Source of the DNA: Parcubacteria group bacterium Gr01-1014_31
GTDB taxonomy: Bacteria; Patescibacteriota; Patescibacteriia; Buchananbacterales; GWA2-38-13
DNA: 64,000 bases
Assembly (NCBI GenBank): GCA_007376135.1
Contig: VMFR01000001.1
Location: 142,554 to 206,553 of the forward strand
Direction of reading: 5' to 3'
Each line of letters opens with the position of its first letter. The stretch's first letter is position 1. This document shows, piece after piece, positions 1 through 9,763 of this stretch. The translations under genes were made by a program, and so were the position numbers. Below the pieces are notes generated by a model. That model ran no database searches, was not told the origin of the DNA, and saw only the letters and a program-made list of their open reading frames with translations.

Positions 1-1
1 G

Positions 2-181
2 TCGCACGCCGTCACGCGCCGGGGAAAATCGGTCTGGGAAGTGCTCCTGCGGGCAGCTATTCGTCCCGCGGACTCGCATTTCCCGCCCGCACCGCTCTCC
101 CCGGCCGGAGTACCGTGGGCGCAACTGCTGTCAGAGGTTCCGTCGTCGTGGGTCGTCGATGTGGACCCCGAGGAGATCTGA
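2..181 (+). CDS. priA: Primosomal protein N' (PriA), C-terminal end (partial)
   Basis: Frame ends ...WVVDVDPEEI*, the typical PriA C-terminal W-x-x-D-V-D-P motif; lies upstream of def-fmt, a common synteny. Confidence 0.7.
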   Translation, partial: SHAVTRRGKSVWEVLLRAAIRPADSHFPPAPLSPAGVPWAQLLSEVPSSWVVDVDPEEI

Positions 182-216
182 TGCGCCGAATTGTCCACAC
201 CCGGGTCATACCGCCA

Positions 217-245
217 TTGACGTACCCCGCATTTGCGTCTATACT
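217..245 (+). promoter_or_regulatory. Sigma70-type promoter TTGACG-N17-TATACT
   Basis: Near-consensus -35 and -10 with 17-nt spacer. Confidence 0.65.
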
Positions 246-346
246 AGGACATCAGCCGTAGCTTGCAGTCCCCTGCCCGGGGGATTTTCGTTTCCCGCGG
301 GCGTCGTTTCGGCAATTGGTGCGGCGGTAAGTGGTCAATTGACAAT

Positions 347-496
347 ATGCCGCAGGGAAATTCTAAGCGGTCCTCTATCAGTCGGCTCAAAACCTACGTC
401 GCATTGCAACTCCAGGCATACTACAGCGGCGACTGGGAGGTGTACGACCGGCTGGAGCAGAAGATCCGCAGTCTCGAGGAAAAAATAATCCAGTAG
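347..496 (+). CDS. Small hypothetical protein (49 aa)
   Basis: ATG at 347, MPQGNSKRSS...EEKIIQ, helical charged pattern; downstream of the promoter. Confidence 0.45.
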   Translation: MPQGNSKRSSISRLKTYVALQLQAYYSGDWEVYDRLEQKIRSLEEKIIQ

Positions 497-588
497 GCGG
501 ACGTTCGTAGCGCCGGTATCCTTTACTTGATCCAGCGGCAAATGAGGTTGGCTTCCAGCGTATCATATAGTATCGTATACGTATCTCT

Positions 589-1089
589 ATGGCAGCAATT
601 CCCCTGCGGTATTATCCGGCCAAGGTGCTGCGAACCGTTGCCGCACCGGTGAAGGCTTCGCGGGCTGCTGAGTTCCGGCAGCTCTTTTTCGACATGGCAG
701 AAACGATGGCCGGTGCTAACGGCATCGGACTGGCGGCCCCGCAGGTTGGCACGTTGAAGCGCGTAATCGTCGTGAGCACCAGCGATGGGCCACTGGGGCT
801 GCTCAACCCGGAAATTGCGGACGCTTCCACTCGGTGGGATTCCGGCGAGGAAGGTTGTTTGAGCATTCCCGGGGTGTTCGGACTGGTCAAGCGCGCACAT
901 CAGGTCAAGATCAAGGCGCTCTCCATTGACGGAGAACCTTTGGATTTTTCGGCCTCAGGGCTGTTCGCCCGCGTGTTGCAGCATGAGATCGACCATTTGA
1001 ACGGCATTCTCTTTATTGACCGGATGCATAAATTAACCAGCGGCGCGGACCGTTTGCGCGAGCTGTGGCGGGCCGGCACGGCCTTGTAG
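589..1089 (+). CDS. def: Peptide deformylase
   Basis: GIGLAAPQVG, EGCLS and QHEIDHLNG motifs. Confidence 0.97.
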   Translation: MAAIPLRYYPAKVLRTVAAPVKASRAAEFRQLFFDMAETMAGANGIGLAAPQVGTLKRVIVVSTSDGPLGLLNPEIADASTRWDSGEEGCLSIPGVFGLVKRAHQVKIKALSIDGEPLDFSASGLFARVLQHEIDHLNGILFIDRMHKLTSGADRLRELWRAGTAL

Positions 1090-1090
1090 C

Positions 1091-2083
1091 ATGGATATAC
1101 CGCGAACAAAGCTGGTTTTTTTTGGCACACCGGCGTTCGCGGCGGGCACTCTTGAGGCGCTGGTCGGCGCTGGCTATCCGGTGGTGGCGGTGGTTACCGC
1201 CCCTGACCGCCCCCGTGGCAGAAGTGGGGCACCAGTCGCCCCGCCGGTGAAGTTGGCGGCCGAGCGTCTCGGCATCCCCGTACTGCAGCCTGGCAAACTG
1301 TCGACGCTGCCGGATCTCGTGCGTCCTCAGGAACCCTTGCTGGGGGTTCTTTTCGCCTACGGCCGGATCCTGCCGCCGCAGGTGCTCCAGATGTTCCCGC
1401 ACGGTATCCTCAATATTCACCCATCGCTTTTGCCTCGCCACCGCGGCCCGGCCCCGGTCGTGGGGGCGATCTTGGATGGGTCCGCGACGACCGGGGTCAC
1501 CATCATGATCCTGGATGACCAGATGGACCACGGGCCCATCCTTGGGCAGCAGCGCGTGACCATTGCACCCGAGGAAACGGCACAACAGCTGACGTCCCGA
1601 TTGGCTGAAGTTGGGACCACGCTGCTGCTCTCGCTGCTTCCCCGGTATGTGTCCGGCGCACTGCACCCGCACCCGCAACCCGCTGCCGGCGCGACCGTGA
1701 CGCGTGAATTGCGCCGGGAAGATGGAGCGATCGTCTGGGAACGAAGCGCCCGCGATTTATACAACCAGTACCGGGCGTGTGATCCGTGGCCCGGTTTTTA
1801 TACGTGGCTGGGCAGCCGCCGGTTGAAACTTTTAGACGTCGGACTTGACGATGCGGTATCGCCGGTCCGAAAGCCGGGGATTCTCCAGGCAGCAGACGGG
1901 AAAGTGGTTATTTCTGCCGCTGCAGGGGCTTTGGTCATCGGCCGTTTGCAACTTGAGGGTGGGGTACCGATCGAGGCGTCCGCATGGCTCCGCGGCCATC
2001 CTGACGCGCGAGGAGCGCGGCTGCGCACGCCCCAACCACCAGCACCCACCCGATCCCCAGCGGATGATTCAGGTACGGCGTGA
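1091..2083 (+). CDS. fmt: Methionyl-tRNA formyltransferase
   Basis: FFGTPAFA, NIHPSLLPRHRGPAP and MDHGPI motifs; follows def. Confidence 0.96.
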   Translation: MDIPRTKLVFFGTPAFAAGTLEALVGAGYPVVAVVTAPDRPRGRSGAPVAPPVKLAAERLGIPVLQPGKLSTLPDLVRPQEPLLGVLFAYGRILPPQVLQMFPHGILNIHPSLLPRHRGPAPVVGAILDGSATTGVTIMILDDQMDHGPILGQQRVTIAPEETAQQLTSRLAEVGTTLLLSLLPRYVSGALHPHPQPAAGATVTRELRREDGAIVWERSARDLYNQYRACDPWPGFYTWLGSRRLKLLDVGLDDAVSPVRKPGILQAADGKVVISAAAGALVIGRLQLEGGVPIEASAWLRGHPDARGARLRTPQPPAPTRSPADDSGTA

Positions 2084-3443
2084 AAATATTGGCGACGGCG
2101 ACGGCTGCCAGCGCCATCGCAAAGCTTTCTGAGATCCCGGCTATGCCGGGATCTCTTTTGCGGGCCAGGAAAGGTGTGAGTATCAGGGTCGTCAGCCATG
2201 CCGCGTAGATCAGAGCTCCGAGCATCCCCAGTTTAAGCGCGATATCAAGGTACCCCCACTCGAAGGCGAACGTCGTATACCACCCATCGGGCTGTTGGCG
2301 GAGAATGCGGGGGTCCTGCGTGCGGTAGGAAACGGTTCGGCCAAAACCGCTGCCCAGCAGCGGGTGTTGCCCAATGGCTGCGGTCAGGGGTGCCAGTTGG
2401 CTGCGCCGTGTCGACGCCGCTGGTTCCCGCTCTAGTCCGGAGATGCGCTGCAGCAGCACGCCGCTGCCGTAGTTGCCAGAAACCAGTGCAACCAGAGACT
2501 GCTGGGTGAATACGACAAAGGCGAGCAGGAACAAGATCAGCAGGGCGCGCCAACGCAAGGCGTAGTGGAAAGCAGCTACGGCGAGCACCAAGAGGGAACC
2601 GACCGCCGCGGCCACCCAGAAGCTGCGTGATTGACTCACCACGATCGTCGCTGCAGCAGTGTACCAAACCACGCCAGCCGTGATCGTATCGGTAATGCCG
2701 GCAAAAGCACGGCGGCACAGCAAGGCTAAGAAAACCATTGCGCCGGCCAGCGCGTAGAGGTGCGATTGGAAAAAAACTCTGACGAGCGTTCCGCTGACGG
2801 GTGTGATCTCGCCCATGCCGCTGTCGCGGATGAGCTGGTACCAGGGGCCAAGGATTGACGCGGGCAGGTGCCCGAATGCCCAGAGTGTCAGCAATGTCGC
2901 CGTGCCGAGGACCAGCGTTCCGGCCGCCAGCAGCTGCAATACCCGGTGGAAGTCTTTTGGCGTTGCCAGCGCTTTAATGACCGCCGGCAGCAGAAAAAAA
3001 TATAACCATGCGTTGGCGTCCAAAAAAACGTTATTGAACGGGTGATGGATCAGCCCGTTCAGTGCGGCGTACCCGGCGGCGACCGCCAGGAGCGCCGCCA
3101 GCCGATCCCGGATCCCACGAGGGGGTAAAATGCCCTTGCGTTCCCGTGCCCGGCGGGCGAACCATACCGCCATGACGATGATGAAGATGATCATGCGCAG
3201 CGGCAGGCGGTCGCTCCCGAGCGGTACACTGAACCAATACCCTTTGCCCGCGAGCAGCAGATCAGCGAACGCCGCATAGACTCCCCAGCGCAGGTCCCGC
3301 AGCGTCGCGATCAGTACGAGTGCAGCGATGGCCAGTGTGGCTAGTGTATGGAGTCCCGGGCGGAAAAAAGTGGCCGCAAATAATATCAGGGCCCCAAAGG
3401 AGCCCGTTAACGACCAGCCGAAGAATTTATCAACGAGACGCAT
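1935..3443 (-). CDS. O-antigen ligase/Wzy-like multipass membrane protein
   Basis: Many TM helices, SQSRSFW and HPLLGSGFG...EWGYLD motifs; last gene of the GT/flippase operon; likely ATG at 3443. Confidence 0.8.
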   Translation of the reverse strand: MRLVDKFFGWSLTGSFGALILFAATFFRPGLHTLATLAIAALVLIATLRDLRWGVYAAFADLLLAGKGYWFSVPLGSDRLPLRMIIFIIVMAVWFARRARERKGILPPRGIRDRLAALLAVAAGYAALNGLIHHPFNNVFLDANAWLYFFLLPAVIKALATPKDFHRVLQLLAAGTLVLGTATLLTLWAFGHLPASILGPWYQLIRDSGMGEITPVSGTLVRVFFQSHLYALAGAMVFLALLCRRAFAGITDTITAGVVWYTAAATIVVSQSRSFWVAAAVGSLLVLAVAAFHYALRWRALLILFLLAFVVFTQQSLVALVSGNYGSGVLLQRISGLEREPAASTRRSQLAPLTAAIGQHPLLGSGFGRTVSYRTQDPRILRQQPDGWYTTFAFEWGYLDIALKLGMLGALIYAAWLTTLILTPFLARKRDPGIAGISESFAMALAAVAVANIFTPYLNHPLGIGWVLVVGACAAALLARQDGRGAMRTPRSVPHPQVANGR

Positions 3444-3448
3444 ATGTG

Positions 3449-4324
3449 CTAGCGTCGTTGACCCGGGTGCAATATTTGGCTGACCCCTGCTAAAAGCAGG
3501 CTGAGCGGGAAAAGAGCCACGGCACATCCTGCCGCAAGTATTCCGTGGTGTTTCCGCAGATAGCGCACCAGGGAACGGTTGAATATCCATTGCCGTCGCA
3601 CCGATCGGATCTGCCCGAAACTCTGCCCTCCATGGTGGTTGACGCCGGCTTTGGCGCAGTACCATACCGGCAGCCCCTGGTCGTGTGCGCGCTTGCACCA
3701 GTCCACTTCCTCGAACCAAACGTGGAAATGCCCGTCCATTGGTCCAAGTTGCTGGAACGCCTTGCGGGTGATGAGAAAACAGGACCCGGCGACCTGCGGC
3801 GCTGGCTGGGTGGCCGAGTAGTCGAAATCCGCGGCGAAATAACGGGTGAACGTCGGCAGGCGCGGCAGCACGTGGTGGATCTTTGCCAGCAAAAGCAGCA
3901 GCGCCGGAACGGTCGGCAGTCCGCGAACGGATGGTTGTGGTCTGCCATCCAAGTGGTAATGCCGGGCGCCGACGATCGCAGCGCCGTGTTCACCAGCGCA
4001 ATCAACGAGAGTCGAAATGGCGAGCGGTTTCAACACCGTATCCGGGTTCAGGAGCAGCAGGTAGTCGCCGCGCGCTTGCTCGAACGCCAAATTATTGGCC
4101 CTGGCAAAACCCAGATTGTCGCCGGCAGCGATGACCCGCAGGTCAGTGATCTCGGAACGCAGGCGGTTGGCTATTTGCAAACTGCCATCTCCCGACGCAT
4201 TATCGACCACGATGATCTGGTCGCGGCAGTGTCCCAGCGCGCCGTTGATCGAGCGCAAACAGGCCTCCAGCACGCCGGCGCTGTTCCAGCTGACAATGAC
4301 GATGGTGACCAGCGGCCGTTCCAT
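3449..4324 (-). CDS. Glycosyltransferase family 2 (WbbL/rhamnosyltransferase-like)
   Basis: IVIVSWNS, VVDNASGDGS, NLGFARANN, LLLNPDT, EEVDWC. Confidence 0.9.
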   Translation of the reverse strand: MERPLVTIVIVSWNSAGVLEACLRSINGALGHCRDQIIVVDNASGDGSLQIANRLRSEITDLRVIAAGDNLGFARANNLAFEQARGDYLLLLNPDTVLKPLAISTLVDCAGEHGAAIVGARHYHLDGRPQPSVRGLPTVPALLLLLAKIHHVLPRLPTFTRYFAADFDYSATQPAPQVAGSCFLITRKAFQQLGPMDGHFHVWFEEVDWCKRAHDQGLPVWYCAKAGVNHHGGQSFGQIRSVRRQWIFNRSLVRYLRKHHGILAAGCAVALFPLSLLLAGVSQILHPGQRR

Positions 4325-4328
4325 AAGA

Positions 4329-5012
4329 CTAGACCGGAAAATCGTGCTTGCAGGCGATGATCTTTCGCGCCGTGCGATAGCGGCGGACTTCCGGAAGCCA
4401 CGGTAGCCACCGGTAGGCAAAACGTGGCAGCCAGACGCTCATGGTGCCGCCGGGACGGACCCGGAAGAGCGCTTCATCGATCCACACACCGATCTTGCCG
4501 CGTCCCGAAAGGGTGAGAAAGAGGTCCCAATCCTGAAAACGCCTCAGCGTTTCATCAAACCCGGGAAAATCGGCTCGTCGCAAGAGCGACGTCGTATGAA
4601 TGTAGGGTTCCTGGCGCAGGCGAGCAGGATCATATGGCCAAAGACGGAACAATTTATGGCCGAAAAAGAACGAAGAATACGCAAAGGCAGCGGATGGTGA
4701 AGCCGCGAGAGTTTGGTAAAAGGTTTCGATTGCGTTGGATTTAAGTTTTATATCAGCGTCGCAAAACAGAATATAGGGCGCACTCCCCTCCCATGCTCCC
4801 CTATTTCTAGCGGTTGACGCTCCTCTATTCTCCTGCCGGACTATTCGTATCGGCAGTCCAACGCCAATCGACGCATCAAGCGGAATCGACGAACCATCGT
4901 CAACGATGATGACTGAAAAATCGCCGAACGTTTGCTGACGCAGGCTTTGCAGGCACTCCGCGAGATCCTTGGCCTGGTCAAAAACCGGGATAATGACATC
5001 GATCTGCGGCAT
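4329..5012 (-). CDS. Glycosyltransferase family 2
   Basis: VIIPVF, IVDDGS, GASTARNRG, FCDAD, QDWDL. Confidence 0.9.
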   Translation of the reverse strand: MPQIDVIIPVFDQAKDLAECLQSLRQQTFGDFSVIIVDDGSSIPLDASIGVGLPIRIVRQENRGASTARNRGAWEGSAPYILFCDADIKLKSNAIETFYQTLAASPSAAFAYSSFFFGHKLFRLWPYDPARLRQEPYIHTTSLLRRADFPGFDETLRRFQDWDLFLTLSGRGKIGVWIDEALFRVRPGGTMSVWLPRFAYRWLPWLPEVRRYRTARKIIACKHDFPV

Positions 5013-5014
5013 GG

Positions 5015-6142
5015 TTACGAAAATATCTCACGAAATTGCGCCGTGCGGCTTTCCCACTGGAATTTTCGAGATACCAGGTCCTGGCCCTGGGTGCCGATGC
5101 GGTGGGCGAATGACGGGTCGCTCAGGTAGCGATGCAACGCCCGCGCCAACGCGTCAACATCATTCGGCGGAACGAGAACCCCGCTCACGTTGTGAATTAC
5201 GGCTTCCCGCACCCCTGGAATATCGCTGCCGATGACCGGCTTGCCGAAACTCGCCGCTTCCAGGTACACCATGCCAAAGCCCTCGCGATCGCCGTCCAGG
5301 TCAGCGAGGGGAGTAGAGACGACGAGATCGCACGCTTCATACCAAGCGGAAAGCTCTTGGTCGTCGACCTGCCCGGTAAAAACGACTCGGGGCGTTAGCT
5401 TCCGACGCTTGACTTCGCGTTCCAGCACCCCGCGTTCCGGACCGTCGCCAACAATGGCGTAACGTAGCGCCGGAATGACCGAAAAACGCTGGAGTAGCTC
5501 AAGCATTACCCGGTGATTCTTTCTCGGTACAATGCGCCCGACGGTAATTGCCAACTTGGCGTTGACGAGCCCGTAGCGCTGGCGTAATCGGTCGACGACG
5601 GTCTGGGGAACGCGATGCGGCGCAGACACACCCGGGGTAATGACTGATATCTGTTCCTTCGCCAGCCGGTAACGGGTTCGCGCGAACTCTTGCGTCGCGT
5701 GACTGTTGGCAACGATACGCTGTGCACCCCGGAGGATGCGCCCGGCGAGCCAACGGCGCCTTCCCCGAGGGATTGCAATGTCCATCCCATGAATACTCAC
5801 GACATAGGGTATCCTTTCTCGGCGCTGCAGGAGCCACGCCACCGTACCGTAGGGCAATACCTGTCCGACCCACAGCACCTCGGGTCGGACCGTCGGCATC
5901 AGATTTTTCAGTGTTTGCAGTGTTTTTTTCCAGCGCGGCCATTGCAACGTGCCCGTGGAAAGTAGCGGCTGACGAATGATGCGGTAACGTTGCTCGCGGT
6001 CGAACTCCGGAGCGTTCACCTGGGGTATGGTCAACACGGTCAGGGCATCCGCCGGAAGCCGGCGGCAAATCTCCCGGTAATACGAAGCGACGCCGCCGAC
6101 AGCGGGCGCAAAATCGTCCGAGATGAGGAGCGTACGTTTCAT
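5015..6142 (-). CDS. Glycosyltransferase family 4
   Basis: MKRTLLISDDFAPAVGG start, VGRIVPRKN, EGFGMVYLEAA. Confidence 0.9.
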   Translation of the reverse strand: MKRTLLISDDFAPAVGGVASYYREICRRLPADALTVLTIPQVNAPEFDREQRYRIIRQPLLSTGTLQWPRWKKTLQTLKNLMPTVRPEVLWVGQVLPYGTVAWLLQRRERIPYVVSIHGMDIAIPRGRRRWLAGRILRGAQRIVANSHATQEFARTRYRLAKEQISVITPGVSAPHRVPQTVVDRLRQRYGLVNAKLAITVGRIVPRKNHRVMLELLQRFSVIPALRYAIVGDGPERGVLEREVKRRKLTPRVVFTGQVDDQELSAWYEACDLVVSTPLADLDGDREGFGMVYLEAASFGKPVIGSDIPGVREAVIHNVSGVLVPPNDVDALARALHRYLSDPSFAHRIGTQGQDLVSRKFQWESRTAQFREIFS

Positions 6143-7560
6143 GTGCTGGCAGGTAGAGGACGCGGCAGGCGCCAAACCCGTAACAATGCGCAAATCCCCA
6201 GGTACGCCAGCCCGCCAAGTGTGGCGGTCGCAAAGACGCCAAAACGGACGCGCAACATGCCGATCGTCATAAGCATTCCGGCAGAAGCAACGATGATCTT
6301 GGCGGCGAGCGGCAAAAAGTCCTGCCATCGCACGTTCAGCACCTGACGCACGGCATACCAGTCCAGGCCCAAAAGCACCACGTTGGTCGCCGTGAACACT
6401 GCGGCGGATGCAAAATACCCGAACTGCGGTATCAGCATGATATTCCCGATCACCGCCAGCCCCATCACGATACCTCGATTTAAGGTCGTTTTCGCTTGCC
6501 GGTCGGTGGCGTTCAGCAGGTAACCGGAGGGGAAGGCCAGGAACATGAACGGCAGCGCGGCGGCCATCACGGCGAACGCCGGTGCAACTTCGCGGTACGA
6601 CGGCCATACCCGGTCGAGAATATCGGGCGCGAGTTTTGCCAGTCCCACCGCCATGGGAATACTGAGAATCGCCAGGTAGGCGCAGGCGCGGGTGAAGAGC
6701 TGCAACAAGCGCGGACCGCCGGCCCGGTACGCCTGGGCGAATACCGGGAACAGTACAGCGGCAAAGGTTGCTGGGATAACCTGCTGCAGCGATGTCACCA
6801 CCTTTGCGGGTATGGCGTAGTTCGCCACCGCCTCACTATCAGACAGATAGCCCAGCAGCACCGTGTCAACGACGTTATAGATCTTCACGAACAGTAATGA
6901 CAGCGCGAATGCAGGCACAAGTCGCAGCAGGGTGGCAACCGTGACCATATCCAACGATGGCAGCAGACGGAAGCCAAGAACCCGCCGTAACAAGACCAGC
7001 GCCAGCAAAAAATTCACCAAACTCGCGGCAACCAGCGTAAAGACAAGATGCAGGGTCGAGTGCGACGTTTGCACGACGATCGCGCCTCCGGCCAAAATGA
7101 CCAACTGCACCAGAACGGTCGCGATACTCTCGTAGCGAAAATTCCGCGCAGCTTTGAAGATACCCCAGAAACTCAGCGTGAAGGCGTCCAAAAAAACGAT
7201 ACCCAGCGCTGCGTACACCAAATACCGCACTTCCGGCGGACGTCCGGAAAGGCTGATTATGCCAGCTGCAACGGCGACGGTCAGCACGCTCAGCACGAGC
7301 TTCATGCTGACAATGGCGCGCAGGTACCGATTCCCCTCCTCCGGATGGCGCGCCGCTTCGCGGATCAGCACGGGCGTGATGCCCAGGTCAGTGGCGCTGC
7401 CGAACAGCGTGGCGAACGACAGGGCGAACAAATACGCTCCCAGGTCGGTTTTTGGAAGGTTTGCCGTCAGGTACCAAAAGTAGCCGAACGAGAGGATTTT
7501 CTGAACGACCGACGCGCCGGTCAGGAGTAATGTGTTGCTAGAGACGCTCAATGAGCGCAT
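6139..7560 (-). CDS. Polysaccharide flippase (Wzx/MATE-like)
   Basis: About 12-14 TM segments, TDLGI...REAAR, IYNVVDTVLLG; within the GT cluster. Confidence 0.88.
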   Translation of the reverse strand: MRSLSVSSNTLLLTGASVVQKILSFGYFWYLTANLPKTDLGAYLFALSFATLFGSATDLGITPVLIREAARHPEEGNRYLRAIVSMKLVLSVLTVAVAAGIISLSGRPPEVRYLVYAALGIVFLDAFTLSFWGIFKAARNFRYESIATVLVQLVILAGGAIVVQTSHSTLHLVFTLVAASLVNFLLALVLLRRVLGFRLLPSLDMVTVATLLRLVPAFALSLLFVKIYNVVDTVLLGYLSDSEAVANYAIPAKVVTSLQQVIPATFAAVLFPVFAQAYRAGGPRLLQLFTRACAYLAILSIPMAVGLAKLAPDILDRVWPSYREVAPAFAVMAAALPFMFLAFPSGYLLNATDRQAKTTLNRGIVMGLAVIGNIMLIPQFGYFASAAVFTATNVVLLGLDWYAVRQVLNVRWQDFLPLAAKIIVASAGMLMTIGMLRVRFGVFATATLGGLAYLGICALLRVWRLPRPLPAST

Positions 7561-7563
7561 ACC

Positions 7564-9690
7564 TCAACGCCCAAAACAATCAATTAAATCTTCGGTGCCG
7601 TCGTACCCGTTAATCGGCGGTGGAAGTGGTACTCCTCGCGGGTCGTAAAGAGACCGGATAGCGAACACGACATCGGCGATGTTGACACCACCATCGTCAT
7701 TCGTATCAGCAGCGTCGAGACAGGGAGGTCGAGCATCTGACAAGAAAAGGAATCTCAAGGTGAAGAGATAATCCGAACCGTCGAAATTGGAGTCGCCGTC
7801 GCTATCACCCCGAGTGAAGGGACCATTGCCTGCATAATAGTTGTTCATTATCGCGCGCAACTCCCCGGGGCGTGTTCGTGCAAAATCCTCGATACCCGAT
7901 GTTGAGACTCGCACGAAACCGTTCGCGTCAGACTCTTCGCGTATTTTCGTTTTCAGATTCTCAACCGCGAATATCACCCTTTCCGGTGCGAACGTCGTCG
8001 CAAGATGTTGTTCGAAAGCTGACATGAATCGGGAGCGAAACTCGTTGTTCTTGCTGAGATCAGTCCAAAAATCGAACTGCTCGAGAATCGAAATTGTATT
8101 CCACTCTCGAGCTCGTTCCTTATAGAAGCCCCAGTCGGAATCAAAAAGAACCCAGCGCCACTTACCGTCGGGGCGACCTCTCCAGATAGCAATGTTGTGC
8201 CTAAGCCAATCAATTCGATTGAGATATACATTCGTAATAACGTAATCCAGATAACTGTCCAGATCTATCCTGCTGGTTACATAGTTGTAATATTCCTCTT
8301 GCGACAAATCGTGCGTCGCGGCATAGTTGAGCAAAGTACGGTATTCTGCGTCGTCGCCATGTCGGACCTGCAGTTCATAATTTGACCACTCGAGCAAATC
8401 AATGTCTTCTAGGTTAAGATCATAGTGTGCTGCCAAAAAATGTTCATTCATCTTCTCGCGCAACCAATACGCACTAGTATTTATTGTCCCGTTAACGAGA
8501 TAGGCGCGGACTAGGAGATACGCCTGTGAATCAAAATCCATATTTGACGTCAGTTCGCGCGCGAGAGCATCCCGCAGGGGAAAATATATCGGCGTTTCCG
8601 ACCCGTAACGCAACAGCAACCCCTCGTATGAGGTGAACGGCTGGTCCGGAAAAACCTGATATAAAATTTCACCACTCCCATACCGCCTCCGTGCATATAG
8701 AGCGAGCGACGGGTGGTCGATATTGTGTCCATGCACCTCAACTCCGACATCTTGAGAAATAACATGGTTGCCATTAGGCAAGAAATAGTCGAGATGCGCT
8801 GGCAGCTCTTGGTACGGGGTTTGTGCATAGGACAAGGCAATCACCCCAGTACCGGTTTTTTCACGATCCAGAATGTAGGTAAATGTTTCAACCGGACTCG
8901 CAATCAGATTTGGTGCATATGTTCTCGCACGAACCATGACTGTTCCCCCAAGCTCCATCGGATTTGTGTACCCAGTCGACTGTCTGGTGGGTGTAGTGCC
9001 ATTGGTCGTGATGAAAATCGAGGCACCCTGGGTAGTGCTCATCAGAGTCAGCCTCTGTGGGCTTGGATAGAAACCACTAGGTATTGATGGCCCTGGCTTC
9101 CCTGCAACGCCATCGTACGCGGTCGAAATATTAGCGCCCCCAGGGGTTGGTACATCAAAAAAGCGCAAGGCGACCCAGCCATCAGGTTGACGGCCATAGC
9201 TTATGTCGTCTATTAGCTGCGGCACCTGAACCTCGTCAATCATCTCACGTTGCGGGGAAAATAACGAAATAGATTCGCCGTCGGCGTCAATACGAAAATT
9301 TGCGTGCAAGGCACCCGTACTTAGGCCGGTGCCGTCGGCGAATACGATTGCATACCCACGAGCCGGGATCTCAACCGACGGAAACGGCCATCTTGTTCGG
9401 CCCGAATCATCTGACAGGGAATATCCTCCTAGACCGACCGGAAACTGGTTTTGATTGTAAATTTCAATCCAATCGCTGCGATTATTTTCGTCGTCAAGCA
9501 AGCCATTCGCATTTCCCGAGACGACCTCATTAATACGCAACGGCAAAACCTCTGCGGGTCCGAGTGCAATTCGAACCGATACGTACACGATGCTCCCGGA
9601 GACTATTCCGGCCATTACGAACGTTCTCGCGAGTCGCTGGAAAGTGCGAATCTTGACCGCTGCAAGTTGTCTTTCTCCGTGTACTGCCAT
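7564..9690 (-). CDS. Secreted CotH-kinase family protein with lamin-tail, chitobiase/FN3-associated and C-terminal dockerin-like domains
   Basis: RINEVV...SDWIEIYN (LTD), FITTNGTTPT, DWLRHN...KWRWVLFDSDWGF (CotH), FTRGDSDGD...PPCLDAADTNDDG (dockerin). Confidence 0.82.
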   Translation of the reverse strand: MAVHGERQLAAVKIRTFQRLARTFVMAGIVSGSIVYVSVRIALGPAEVLPLRINEVVSGNANGLLDDENNRSDWIEIYNQNQFPVGLGGYSLSDDSGRTRWPFPSVEIPARGYAIVFADGTGLSTGALHANFRIDADGESISLFSPQREMIDEVQVPQLIDDISYGRQPDGWVALRFFDVPTPGGANISTAYDGVAGKPGPSIPSGFYPSPQRLTLMSTTQGASIFITTNGTTPTRQSTGYTNPMELGGTVMVRARTYAPNLIASPVETFTYILDREKTGTGVIALSYAQTPYQELPAHLDYFLPNGNHVISQDVGVEVHGHNIDHPSLALYARRRYGSGEILYQVFPDQPFTSYEGLLLRYGSETPIYFPLRDALARELTSNMDFDSQAYLLVRAYLVNGTINTSAYWLREKMNEHFLAAHYDLNLEDIDLLEWSNYELQVRHGDDAEYRTLLNYAATHDLSQEEYYNYVTSRIDLDSYLDYVITNVYLNRIDWLRHNIAIWRGRPDGKWRWVLFDSDWGFYKERAREWNTISILEQFDFWTDLSKNNEFRSRFMSAFEQHLATTFAPERVIFAVENLKTKIREESDANGFVRVSTSGIEDFARTRPGELRAIMNNYYAGNGPFTRGDSDGDSNFDGSDYLFTLRFLFLSDARPPCLDAADTNDDGGVNIADVVFAIRSLYDPRGVPLPPPINGYDGTEDLIDCFGR

Positions 9691-9717
9691 GCCAACATTG
9701 TACCGTATTTCCGTAAA

Positions 9718-9744
9718 AAAAGAACGCCACCCGGGCGTTCTTTT
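9718..9744. terminator. Intrinsic terminator after rpsI
   Basis: AAAAGAACGCC-acccg-GGCGTTCTTTT hairpin with T-tracts on both strands. Confidence 0.75.
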
Positions 9745-9763
9745 CAGTGTAGGTAGTGATATT

